From: Candidatus Staskawiczbacteria bacterium
GTDB taxonomy: Bacteria > Patescibacteriota > Minisyncoccia > Minisyncoccales > Staskawiczbacteraceae
Assembly (NCBI GenBank): GCA_041659225.1
Contig: JBAZYR010000001.1
Span: forward strand, 15,266 to 79,265
Direction: 5' to 3'
DNA length: 64,000 bases
The notes beneath the pieces are model-generated. The model was given only the letters and a program-made list of their open reading frames with translations. It was not told the DNA's origin and made no database searches. Position 1 is the stretch's first letter, and each line of letters begins with the position of its first letter. The translations under genes were made by a program, and so were the position numbers. This document shows, one piece after another, positions 43,312 through 55,122 of this stretch.

Positions 43312-43583
43312 ATTCCAAAAATATGATTATATGTGAGGAAAGCAGCTAAGCAACAAACTAATGGCACGAACTTTATTCGCGTCCATCGACTAACCTTTGC
43401 CCCTTGGCAAAGTATATTTTCCTATAGTAATCGTAAAAAACCCTAAATAGGTTAGGGGTAGATGCTCGGTCCTGTCTCCTGGGATAAATAGATAGAGTTT
43501 CAAAAATTCAGAAACAGGCACGAGTTAAGATAGGTTATAGTATTAAAAAAATAAAAACCACTTTTTTGATAGTATCTCCTCTT

Positions 43584-43611
43584 ATTATATTCATATAACA
43601 AATAATGTCAA
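43584..43611 (-). promoter_or_regulatory. rpoBC promoter, implying a ~265-nt leader
   Basis: TTGACA-16 bp-TATAAT. Confidence 0.7.
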
Positions 43612-43618
43612 GGGCTAG

Positions 43619-44731
43619 TTAGCTTTTAGCCTTTATACTCTGCAAAATACCAAGGCCGACAAAGGTTCCTACGAGACCTGAGCCACCATAACTAATAAGC
43701 GGCAGATAAATTCCGATAACCGGCATAACCCCGACATTCATGCCGACATTAATAAAGAACTGAGCAATCAAAACTATTGTAAAGCCTGAGGCAAATAATC
43801 TGGGGAAATTAGAGCGAGAATGGATTGCGATTTTGATTATACGCCAGATTAATATGAAGTAACAGGCAAATACAGCAGAGACTCCGACCAAACCGAATTC
43901 TTCAGCGATGACTGAAAAAGCAAAATCTGTATGCGGCTCAGGCAAGAATCCATATTGGGTTTGCGACCCATTAGTGAATCCTCGACCGAATATTTCACCC
44001 GAGCCTATTGCTATAGCAGCCTGACTTTGGCTCCAAGATCCTCCAAAAGGATCACGAGGAAAAGCAAAATCAAGAACTCTCTGCCTTTGGTAATCTTTCA
44101 ACAGAAATTGCCAAGAAAACATTAAAAGTAAAATAGCGCAAAGTGAGAGAATCAAAAGGTGCCTCATTTTTATCCCGGATATGAATAATATAGACACCCA
44201 GACAATTAATAAAATTAGGACTGCTCCTGCATCAGGTTGAAAAAAAATTAACAAAGCCGGGAGAAAAACATAAATGCCTGAAAAGATAATGTGCCGGGGT
44301 TTGTACATTTCAGCGTGGCGCATTGAAAAATATTTAGCCAATAAAATAATGAGAATTATTTTTAAGGGCTCGATAGGATCAAAAGAAAAAGCGCCAATTT
44401 TATACCACCCTCTTTTTCCCCTTATTTCTGGCGCCAGGATAAAAACTCCAGCTAACAACAGAAGGGCAAAAAAATAGAGGACAAGTATTAGATATGAGTT
44501 ATTTTTCAAAATGCGGTAATCGAAAAAACTTATAAAAAGCATGAGTGCAAACCCAATCACAAAAAATATTATTTGTTTTTGAAAATTGAATAAATCTCCA
44601 CCCCGCAAAGACGCACTGTAGACAGCAAGTAAGCCAAAGACAGTCAGCACTATTGCACTGCCTATTAGCCACCAATCCAATCTCTTCAAATGATTATTTA
44701 TCGGCCCGACAGATAAACCCAAAAGCATCAT
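43619..44731 (-). CDS. rodA: SEDS family peptidoglycan polymerase RodA/FtsW
   Basis: About 10 TMs, QPDAG, LKDYQRQRV, IAIGSG, FLPEPHTDFAFSVIAEEFG, PLISYGGS. Confidence 0.9.
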   Translation of the reverse strand: MMLLGLSVGPINNHLKRLDWWLIGSAIVLTVFGLLAVYSASLRGGDLFNFQKQIIFFVIGFALMLFISFFDYRILKNNSYLILVLYFFALLLLAGVFILAPEIRGKRGWYKIGAFSFDPIEPLKIILIILLAKYFSMRHAEMYKPRHIIFSGIYVFLPALLIFFQPDAGAVLILLIVWVSILFISGIKMRHLLILSLCAILLLMFSWQFLLKDYQRQRVLDFAFPRDPFGGSWSQSQAAIAIGSGEIFGRGFTNGSQTQYGFLPEPHTDFAFSVIAEEFGLVGVSAVFACYFILIWRIIKIAIHSRSNFPRLFASGFTIVLIAQFFINVGMNVGVMPVIGIYLPLISYGGSGLVGTFVGLGILQSIKAKS

Positions 44732-44734
44732 AAT

Positions 44735-47253
<2,519 letters not shown>

Positions 47254-47264
47254 TTTTTAAAGAT

Positions 47265-47999
47265 TTATGACACGACGAAAACAAAATCAAAATTTAAACT
47301 ATTAAACTTGCAGGGGCAAACAACAGCATAATCTCCCCTTTCCCAACCGGTATTATATGTAGCATGATTTGTCTCGCATCGCCAACATTTACCCGCGTTA
47401 CTGACTACGGGAAAGTCTCCACCTCCACCACCAAAATTCAGACAGCTAGCGACATTATTAGTGCCGCTGCAAGTAGTCCCTGTCTGGTTTTTTAATGCAT
47501 CGGCATTCTCGTCCGAATGGTTAACCCCATAATCTTCGGGTATCAAACCGTGGGCCGAGCAAGCATCGGAGCAACTTTCTCCTAGCCCTTTAATCGCTCC
47601 TGGAGTGTGCCCTCCGCACCAGCATTGGTTAGCTCCACTCACGCTATTATAGCGTAAATAGCAAGGGCAAAGCGAGGCTTCTAACCTCACTTTATATTCA
47701 TTCCCGATGGTAAGGCTAACTAAATTAGAAAAAATCTTGTGTTCGTCAAGGTCACCGTCGCCATCATTTTCGCAAACAGTCGAAGTAAGGGTAACACTGT
47801 TTAAAGGAACAGAACCTTCCATCACATACATTATAGTCCCGACAGGAAGACAAAAACTTGAACCATCAGAAATCTTTCGGGCGGTATCAAGCTGCAGACC
47901 GACAAAAACTGAAGTTGCCTCAACTTTCGTGATAGGGATAATAACCAAGACAGTAAAAAAGATAATGAAAGCGGATAAAGAATAAATGTTTTTTGACAT
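47265..47999 (-). CDS. Secreted Cys-rich protein, paralog of the adhesin C-terminal domain
   Basis: Signal peptide ending VEA; GSSFCLPVGT, GESCSDACSAHG and VVCPC..NFDFVFVV match the C-terminus of 48432..52205. Confidence 0.8.
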   Translation of the reverse strand: MSKNIYSLSAFIIFFTVLVIIPITKVEATSVFVGLQLDTARKISDGSSFCLPVGTIMYVMEGSVPLNSVTLTSTVCENDGDGDLDEHKIFSNLVSLTIGNEYKVRLEASLCPCYLRYNSVSGANQCWCGGHTPGAIKGLGESCSDACSAHGLIPEDYGVNHSDENADALKNQTGTTCSGTNNVASCLNFGGGGGDFPVVSNAGKCWRCETNHATYNTGWERGDYAVVCPCKFNSLNFDFVFVVS

Positions 48000-48020
48000 C
48001 ACAATTTTGGATTTAAAAAA

Positions 48021-48386
48021 TTAAGGGTTCAATGGCTTAATAATAATTCTGTCTTCAGTAACAGCGTTGTTTTTATATAATATTTTCCCTTTTACCTCGA
48101 CTGTTTGACCGTCCTTCCATCCGACGCTTAAATAATATTCTTTAGACATAACCGGCCAAACCCAATAAACTTTCCCTTCTTCTGTCCTGATGGTTACTTT
48201 AGTACCGGACATATCAACTATTCCCCTGACAACGTCGGGATATTTATCGTCCTCCACATTATTTACTGGTTCTTGAGGGTATTGGTTATTAAAAACCGGG
48301 GAAAAATAATAATATCCTAGTGCTCCTGATAAAATACCTATCGCCAATAACAGGACACAAATAATAATTACATTTTTTTTCGCCAT
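48021..48386 (-). CDS. Membrane-anchored small beta (OB-fold-like) hypothetical protein
   Basis: N-terminal TM; VRGIV..IRTEEGKVY..DGQTVEVKGKI. Confidence 0.75.
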   Translation of the reverse strand: MAKKNVIIICVLLLAIGILSGALGYYYFSPVFNNQYPQEPVNNVEDDKYPDVVRGIVDMSGTKVTIRTEEGKVYWVWPVMSKEYYLSVGWKDGQTVEVKGKILYKNNAVTEDRIIIKPLNP

Positions 48387-48431
48387 ATTTATTGATTTTA
48401 ATTATACCAGACAACTTTTCCTGTTAAAATC

Positions 48432-51400
48432 CTATAGCCCGACGACAAACCCGAAGGGAAAATTAGGAATAATCCCATTGCAGGCACATATCGGGACGAA
48501 ATAGAAATCATCGGCATCGTAACCAATGGAACAATCACGCCACATTGGAGACACAGCAGATGCGCACGCGTACCAGCCATAACCATACCAATACCCGGCA
48601 ACAGGAGAACCATATTCCCCGGAGTCAAAGATGCACTCGTCACAAGCTATTCCGAAGTGCGCAATTGCACTGCAATTTAAATCTTCTTCACTGCAATCGG
48701 CTGTTTTATTTCCACCCTTATCAGAGCATACACCTGCACATGACTGTCCCCTGTTTCCCAAATACCAGCAATTGCCCCCAGAAGAGAATCCAGTACATTC
48801 AGTTGCAGTTGATATTTCCACAGTGTACAGATGGCCATAAGTTATCACCAACGAAGGCAAAAGACTTATCGTGCTGCTGGGAGCGCAAGTTGCAGCTGTT
48901 AAAGTTTTTTCCCTCAAGACCGTTGTTCCTTCTTTAAGAGTAATTTTTGTTCCGACTGGAAGACAATAGGGCGATCCGTTATCAGTTGCGCTGTCTACCT
49001 TTATCCGGAAAATGCTGTCAATACTCGCCCCAGGCGCTGGCGTGTTAGATATAGTGACAGTCGAACAAATAGTTTTTTGTCCCTGAGTTGCGCACTTGGA
49101 AGGTTTGGCTTTTATTGTCCCCGTTACTTCTGACGGAGCTATCCTTTGAGCGGGTTCCCCAGCAAAAACTGCTTTTAGCACAAGGTTGCCGAAGCTGGTA
49201 TTAGTCAAACCATTTTCAATAAAACTACGGGTTTTCATGGTGTTGATATCGCTAGGAAGTTCAGCATATGTTGCAGCCATTGCTGAAGGCAGATTAGAAA
49301 GACGGAAAGTATTCCAGCCACCCCCCGGAGGCTGGAACCAAAGAAGTGCAACCGCATTACCGGCATCATGCTCGTGCCTTACTATTAATCTATGCGGGCC
49401 TTTGGCTAAATAAACGGTTCCGCTATGGCTGTAGCAAGAGCAATAAGTATTTTCCCCATAAATTCCTGCTAATACAGATCCGTCTATTTCGACCTCCATG
49501 GCATCTTCTCCATCAACCGCAAAACCCCATGTGCCTTGCCCTGCATCGGTAATGTCCAGGATAGTGGAGAAATATAAATTGGAGTTGGCTGGGAAAGTAC
49601 CGAAGCTATTTTCGCCTATGTCGGTAATCAAACTCCTAGATATTAAATTTGAAGGGACATAATCATTAATCAATCCTGCGTGATCAGTGGGATGGCCAAC
49701 CGTCCCGCCATACTCTGCAAAAAGCACCTTGTTGATATTATCTATCGCGAGATAATTCTTGGGAACGTATGTTACGTGGGCTTCACCTGCAGAGCTCGTA
49801 GTTGAGGAGCCGATATTAAAGATATCGCTTTGGTTAACGAAAGTCACGATTTTATTAACCATTGCAGCTCCTGCGCCGTCTTTGAGAACAGCCGAAAGTA
49901 TGGATGATACCACACCATCTATATTAAGTGTGCTGGGAGTAACAGTGAACTGCTCGAGTATTGTCGGGGTCCCGCCTGATACCGCCACTGTTGCGGTCGA
50001 ACTTTCGGCAGGTAGAAGCGGAATTGCAAAGCCTTCATCTCCCGCATAGGTTGCCTTTAATGAAACGTTCCCGATACTAGTATTCTCGATTCCCTTTTTT
50101 ATAAAATTAAGATTCTTGATAACTGAATCGCCTAATAACTCTGCATATATTGAAGCCGCCCCGCTTCCCAAGCTAATACCACCAAAAACCTTCCACGAAC
50201 CATCTGCCGGAGACTTATAATAAAGAACAGCTGCCTCGTTCCCCGTTACATTTTGATGGCGTACAGTCACCCGATGAATTCCCGCTGACAATGTAATGGT
50301 GTTCGAGTGACTAGTACACGAACAAGTGGAATGTTGATACCAGCCGACTACGATATTGTCATCTATCTGAAGCTCTACCGCATCGTCGCCATCAACTGCA
50401 AACTGCCAGGACCCGGGTATGTGAACATCCATGATAGTAGTGAAGAAATAATTAGTATTATCTTGTGGGGGCACTACGCCTTCAAAAAGATCTATGGCAT
50501 CCCTCGTACCTTTATCCAATACAGTGGTATATGTATAGTCATTTATCAATGCGTTATGATCTGCAGGGTTCCCTGTATCGCCTGCATATTTCACATAGAG
50601 TATTTTCCCTCGGTTGGCATCTGATATGTAATGCTTGACTAAATAACTCAGACTGGCAACACCCGAGCCGTTAGTGACTGCCGAACCCATGTCGTTATTA
50701 TCGGTAACATTAAAAAAAGACACAGGTTGGCCGCTTATCAGGTTCCCATTTTGATACTTAAGGGTAGCTGAAAGATTTATTGGGTCGTCGATATAGGTTT
50801 CAATCGGAACAGTAAATGGATTTATTAGCGGACGCTGTCCTATAATAATTTCTAAGGGGGCTGTTGTTTCAGAGGGTGATATCCGAAGACTACTATTTCC
50901 GGCATAACTTGCCTTCAAGGTATGCGCCCCGAGATTCAAGATTGAAGAGTCCAAACCAGAAGCTATAAAACCAGGGGCTGTCAATTCAGAATCCGGTAAT
51001 AGTTTTGCATAGAGTTTCGCCTTTGTTCCTAGATTGGTACTAAAAAAATAAAATGAGGCATCTGTCGGGGATTTATAATAAAGGATCACGTCATTACCAC
51101 CAGTATCATTTTCGTGCCTCACAACCAGTCTATGCAGGCCTGCTGTCAGGTTTACCGATCCTGTATGTGTAAAACATGCGCAGCGACCATGATAACCATA
51201 CCAACCGACTACTACTGCCCCATCTATTTCTAACTCTACGCCATCATCGCCATCAATCGCGAAACTCCAAACACCAGCCTCCTTAACATCCATAATAGTC
51301 GTAAAATAATAGTTCTGATAGTTATTAGCTGTTGGACTTTCTATCCTTATTTCTGTCCTCAGCGCTTTTTCTATAAGAGAGGAATATTGATAATCTGCCA

Positions 51401-52205
51401 ACAATCCGCTATGATTTGTGGGATTTCCGCTTGTACCGCCATACTTTACATAAAGTATTGAATCCCCTAGGGCGCCGCTAGGCACAAAACTTGCCGTGGC
51501 GACACCATCAGTAGTAGTAGCTGATGCGATATCGACTCCATCCGTTTCATTTCTAAAATTTACCGTATCGCCAGTTGTTGGAATTAAATTTCCATCACCA
51601 TCCCTAATAGTAGCCGAAATAGTCATAACCTCTCTGAAATCGGCTTCAGCTTGAACATAAAATGGATTAATCTGAGATACTTGTCCCCCGCCAGAATTAA
51701 TCGTAGCGCAAATCCTATAATCAGAAATCGTAACACATCCTCCGCCTCCGGTTATTAAAAACTCTCCAGCGTTTCCTAGGTCAGCCTCAGCCCGGCCATC
51801 ATTGGTGTTGCCTAAATTATCGGAGGCAAAAACAAAAATCTTATACGCAGCCGGGGTAAAAGAGCTGACATCAACTCGGGCATTATATATACCGTCTCCT
51901 GCAACGTCATCATAGTTTCCTATTTGCCCGTCGTCATAAAGTATTGCACGCGCCATCTGGGCGCCGGTGCTCTTCCTTCTTATTACATAGCCGGCAGATG
52001 AAACGCCAGAAACATCGGTAATATTGGCAGTAACCTTTATTGTGCTATTTTGTGTTATAACCGTATTGGATGCAGCCGTGATGGTTGGCCAAGCATGTCC
52101 AGTGAGCCAGGGATATATTTCAAAACTGGGCTGTACGGCATATATCAAACCAGCTAAAGAAAGAGGGGCTAAAGGAATTAAAAAATATATATATTTATTC
52201 ATCAC
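48432..52205 (-). CDS. Large pilus-associated adhesin: N-terminal Ig/choice-of-anchor-X-like domain, three Ig domains each with an inserted PA14-like domain, Cys-rich tip
   Basis: LYDDG..DDVAGDGIY; three repeats containing W.FA(I/V)DG(D/E)D..E..ID and G.HRL.VRH; lies directly after the PilX-like gene. Confidence 0.8.
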   Translation of the reverse strand: MMNKYIYFLIPLAPLSLAGLIYAVQPSFEIYPWLTGHAWPTITAASNTVITQNSTIKVTANITDVSGVSSAGYVIRRKSTGAQMARAILYDDGQIGNYDDVAGDGIYNARVDVSSFTPAAYKIFVFASDNLGNTNDGRAEADLGNAGEFLITGGGGCVTISDYRICATINSGGGQVSQINPFYVQAEADFREVMTISATIRDGDGNLIPTTGDTVNFRNETDGVDIASATTTDGVATASFVPSGALGDSILYVKYGGTSGNPTNHSGLLADYQYSSLIEKALRTEIRIESPTANNYQNYYFTTIMDVKEAGVWSFAIDGDDGVELEIDGAVVVGWYGYHGRCACFTHTGSVNLTAGLHRLVVRHENDTGGNDVILYYKSPTDASFYFFSTNLGTKAKLYAKLLPDSELTAPGFIASGLDSSILNLGAHTLKASYAGNSSLRISPSETTAPLEIIIGQRPLINPFTVPIETYIDDPINLSATLKYQNGNLISGQPVSFFNVTDNNDMGSAVTNGSGVASLSYLVKHYISDANRGKILYVKYAGDTGNPADHNALINDYTYTTVLDKGTRDAIDLFEGVVPPQDNTNYFFTTIMDVHIPGSWQFAVDGDDAVELQIDDNIVVGWYQHSTCSCTSHSNTITLSAGIHRVTVRHQNVTGNEAAVLYYKSPADGSWKVFGGISLGSGAASIYAELLGDSVIKNLNFIKKGIENTSIGNVSLKATYAGDEGFAIPLLPAESSTATVAVSGGTPTILEQFTVTPSTLNIDGVVSSILSAVLKDGAGAAMVNKIVTFVNQSDIFNIGSSTTSSAGEAHVTYVPKNYLAIDNINKVLFAEYGGTVGHPTDHAGLINDYVPSNLISRSLITDIGENSFGTFPANSNLYFSTILDITDAGQGTWGFAVDGEDAMEVEIDGSVLAGIYGENTYCSCYSHSGTVYLAKGPHRLIVRHEHDAGNAVALLWFQPPGGGWNTFRLSNLPSAMAATYAELPSDINTMKTRSFIENGLTNTSFGNLVLKAVFAGEPAQRIAPSEVTGTIKAKPSKCATQGQKTICSTVTISNTPAPGASIDSIFRIKVDSATDNGSPYCLPVGTKITLKEGTTVLREKTLTAATCAPSSTISLLPSLVITYGHLYTVEISTATECTGFSSGGNCWYLGNRGQSCAGVCSDKGGNKTADCSEEDLNCSAIAHFGIACDECIFDSGEYGSPVAGYWYGYGWYACASAVSPMWRDCSIGYDADDFYFVPICACNGIIPNFPFGFVVGL

Positions 52206-52225
52206 CCTATTTTACGTCTATTTTA

Positions 52226-53068
52226 TCATATTTTCAGCGCTTCGCTACATTTCCCAGCTAAATCGCAAGCCTTTATATCAACATCGTAAGCTCCTTCGGG
52301 GCCCTGCCAAAAATACTTGTATGTTATTGCATTAGGATCACCGGGGATTTCTTTGACCATGGTAAATGTCTGATCGAAAATTGCGCCGTTAGTAGCTGCG
52401 TCATATATCCTAGCCTGAGGATACCCGCCCACAATATCAATGTCATCCCTCGCATCAGAAATTTCAGCCCTAATTTCAATATCTACCCCAGAACTAGAAC
52501 TTATAGGAATAACCTCAGGCCATTCAATTAAAGGCGGGTGATTGTCTGGTGAAACCGCAGAAGCAGCGAAATTTAACTCAATGGCTCTAGTTATCTTTTT
52601 ATGCGCCCCATAGGACTTAATAGTCCCCGTTCCATCTTCATTAATATCAGTTACTACCCTGTATTGGTTATTGTTCACCACAAGGGAAGAATATGTAATT
52701 GTACAATCATTGCAGTCATCGTTCGCACAACGCGGGCCGACTTGTCCGCATACACCAGGGGTGGGATCGCAATCGAAATCCGTACAACTCGTGCAAATAT
52801 CGCAAAGACCGCGCGTTATACCCGCACCCGCCGGTATAACCTTTCTATCAAGAAAAAGCGCTTGCTCGATACCGATATCAGCGACGTATAAAGCTTTAAC
52901 TGATTCTCCCATTTCCCTCACCAATACAATTTCGCCCATTAGTATCACGCCGATCCCAAGAACCACAGCCAAGGATATGCCCATTATGAAAAAAGTAACC
53001 AGCATGGCAACGCCTTTTTCTCCGAATCCGTATGTTAAATTTAATTTTTGATTATTTCTTTTTTTCAT
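52226..53068 (-). CDS. PilX-like minor pilin with C-terminal Ig-like domain
   Basis: KG/VAMLV cleavage site without Glu5, ALYVADIGIEQAL, IKSYG..RAIEL, then an Ig domain ending YDVDIKACDLAG. Confidence 0.8.
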   Translation of the reverse strand: MKKRNNQKLNLTYGFGEKGVAMLVTFFIMGISLAVVLGIGVILMGEIVLVREMGESVKALYVADIGIEQALFLDRKVIPAGAGITRGLCDICTSCTDFDCDPTPGVCGQVGPRCANDDCNDCTITYSSLVVNNNQYRVVTDINEDGTGTIKSYGAHKKITRAIELNFAASAVSPDNHPPLIEWPEVIPISSSSGVDIEIRAEISDARDDIDIVGGYPQARIYDAATNGAIFDQTFTMVKEIPGDPNAITYKYFWQGPEGAYDVDIKACDLAGKCSEALKI

Positions 53069-53608
53069 CTATGAGCCGTCTAAGTTTCTTTGAGAAACTG
53101 TCGTCTGGATCTTTTTCTTTATTGAGTCTTCTGTGCCTATAGTGTAGAGTTCGGCGGAAATAACAACTCGGGGCTGAAGAAAATCAAGACTGCTTGCTCC
53201 GAAGGCCTTAAATTCAAAATAGGTTATTCCGATAGCGTTAGACATAAGCGGAATGGCTGAACCGCCATTCTTTATTTCCTTTAATTTTCCGTCTATATCT
53301 TTAAAAAACTCCTGGCAGGAATCGTTGTCTGAGTGATTGATAAACTTTACTCCCTTACCGTCGTGGGTAATTTCATAGTTGTCCCCTGCCGTAATGCAGT
53401 TGCCGCCATCGTCAACTTTGGCCATTCTTAAAGCTCTCCCCATATATTCAAAAACATAACTGGCCTGATTTAACAGTTCCTGCTGTTTTAATGTTCTTCT
53501 TTGTTGTTTTATTATGGAAACAAAAATATCGGTAGCGGTCATAAGAACTATCGAAAAGATAGCCGTAACTGCTATAAGCTCAATTAATGTAAATCCTTTT
53601 GATTCCAT
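53069..53608 (-). CDS. Minor pilin (PilW-like)
   Basis: KG/FTLIELIAV prepilin motif; C-terminal QTTVSQRN. Confidence 0.85.
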   Translation of the reverse strand: MESKGFTLIELIAVTAIFSIVLMTATDIFVSIIKQQRRTLKQQELLNQASYVFEYMGRALRMAKVDDGGNCITAGDNYEITHDGKGVKFINHSDNDSCQEFFKDIDGKLKEIKNGGSAIPLMSNAIGITYFEFKAFGASSLDFLQPRVVISAELYTIGTEDSIKKKIQTTVSQRNLDGS

Positions 53609-53613
53609 TGTTA

Positions 53614-54147
53614 TTAACGCCAATTATATAAATCAGTTTCTGCGACAAAACTATACCCAGTACCTCTGTCGTCCCAAGATACCTCTACCTCTACATTCAA
53701 AACTTCATCTTCATGACCAGGAACTTCTGTAACAGTAATTTTTCTCGTGAACCCTGTCGGAGTGATGCCGTTATACCGATAAAAACCATCTTCATCGATA
53801 TACAAAAATTCCCCAGGAATGATCCACGACTTTAGCGGGGTTGCCCCTCCCACGCCACTATTGGTGGTATAATCAGCTTCGCAACCAGAAGCACAGTTAA
53901 TAATTCCATTATCCCATGCGACCGAACCGTCCAGCCAGTTTGTATCCCGGATGTTCCTTACTATTTCAATGCCCTCCTGAGCTAGATAAGCGGCAGTTAA
54001 CTTTGCTGACGCAGTTGAAGTTACCATAGCCATTCGCGAGAAAATAGAATAGGTTCCAAGGATAGCAACGACTAAGATAAAAATGGCAACCACCATTTCC
54101 AGTATTGTAAATCCTTTGTTTTGTTCTTTTAAAAAAGATTTGCTCAT
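53614..54147 (-). CDS. Minor pilin (PilV-like)
   Basis: KG/FTILEMVVA, AAYLAQEGIEIVRNIRD. Confidence 0.85.
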   Translation of the reverse strand: MSKSFLKEQNKGFTILEMVVAIFILVVAILGTYSIFSRMAMVTSTASAKLTAAYLAQEGIEIVRNIRDTNWLDGSVAWDNGIINCASGCEADYTTNSGVGGATPLKSWIIPGEFLYIDEDGFYRYNGITPTGFTRKITVTEVPGHEDEVLNVEVEVSWDDRGTGYSFVAETDLYNWR

Positions 54148-54150
54148 CCT

Positions 54151-55122
54151 TTACCTTACCTCTATCATGCCCACCTTATTAACTGCGATGGTCATGGTTT
54201 TATTAAGATTTCTCTCCAAAGCTAGAACTATCTCGATCTCGGTGCTGCCAGGATCCATCCATTTTATCGTTGTATCTGGATTTGGCGGGGCAAAATTAAT
54301 ACTTACCTTCTGCGGAACCGAATTATTAATTTGCTTTATAACCACGCCTTTTTCTCCGATAGATATATTTTCAACAATACAATCGGCTGCTGTGTAATAC
54401 CCATAACATAAGTCCGGCAGGGTCGTGCAGTCAGGCGATCCGTCACTCTCTGTATCGGCATATAAGATATAATTTTTATTGGTAAGCGTTGCAGGGTTGA
54501 TATATATGCCGTAGCCATAAGCCAGTATAGCTGGCGGCTCAAGCTGCATTGGCTCGTACAGCGGATGTCCTCCTTGTGGCCCGCTAGGACCGCCGCTAAC
54601 CACAACAGAACATTGTTTGGTTGCAATAATTGTTCCGCTTGATCTGCTTACGGTTAAAGTCGTCGAATAATTCCCGGCGCTTGCAAAAGAGGTCGAGCAT
54701 GTAAGGCCGGTGCCGACGCAATCGCCTGACCAGGTGTATAAATAGTTTCCTTGTCCTCCTTCTGTTACAAAAGAAAATGTTGTTGACTCGTTGATTTGTA
54801 CCGGATTAGGCGAAGACGTGCACGAAACAATAACAATCTGCGGAGGTGGAGGATCATCTTTTGCTATATGCCCCCCAAGCGCGAGATTACTCAAAGATGC
54901 AAAATGCAAAGGCGCATAAGACAGACAACTGTCCACTTGAGTTGAGGACATTGCCATTGCCTGCGCCTTCCTTATATCCAGCACCAACTTATGCCCCGCT
55001 CTTCTTAGGGCGAGCTGGTCCCTTATCTCGCTGAAGTTATTAATCACCATACTCGCAAATAGCGTGATGATGAAAATAACGGCCACCATTTCGAGCAGAG
55101 TGAAACCTTTGTTGTTATTCAT
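54151..55122 (-). CDS. Minor pilin (FimT/FimU-like) with inserted PKD/Ig-like domain
   Basis: KG/FTLLEMVAV, DIRKAQAMAM; insert YLYTWSGDC..GNYSTTLTV; start 55122 has an ATGA overlap with pilD. Confidence 0.85.
   Translation of the reverse strand: MNNNKGFTLLEMVAVIFIITLFASMVINNFSEIRDQLALRRAGHKLVLDIRKAQAMAMSSTQVDSCLSYAPLHFASLSNLALGGHIAKDDPPPPQIVIVSCTSSPNPVQINESTTFSFVTEGGQGNYLYTWSGDCVGTGLTCSTSFASAGNYSTTLTVSRSSGTIIATKQCSVVVSGGPSGPQGGHPLYEPMQLEPPAILAYGYGIYINPATLTNKNYILYADTESDGSPDCTTLPDLCYGYYTAADCIVENISIGEKGVVIKQINNSVPQKVSINFAPPNPDTTIKWMDPGSTEIEIVLALERNLNKTMTIAVNKVGMIEVR

Noticed and set aside
48480-48640. Possible DGR variable region in the aromatic-rich adhesin tip
   Set aside because: No template repeat or reverse transcriptase is in the window, and the paralog differs far beyond adenine positions; a remote DGR cannot be excluded.
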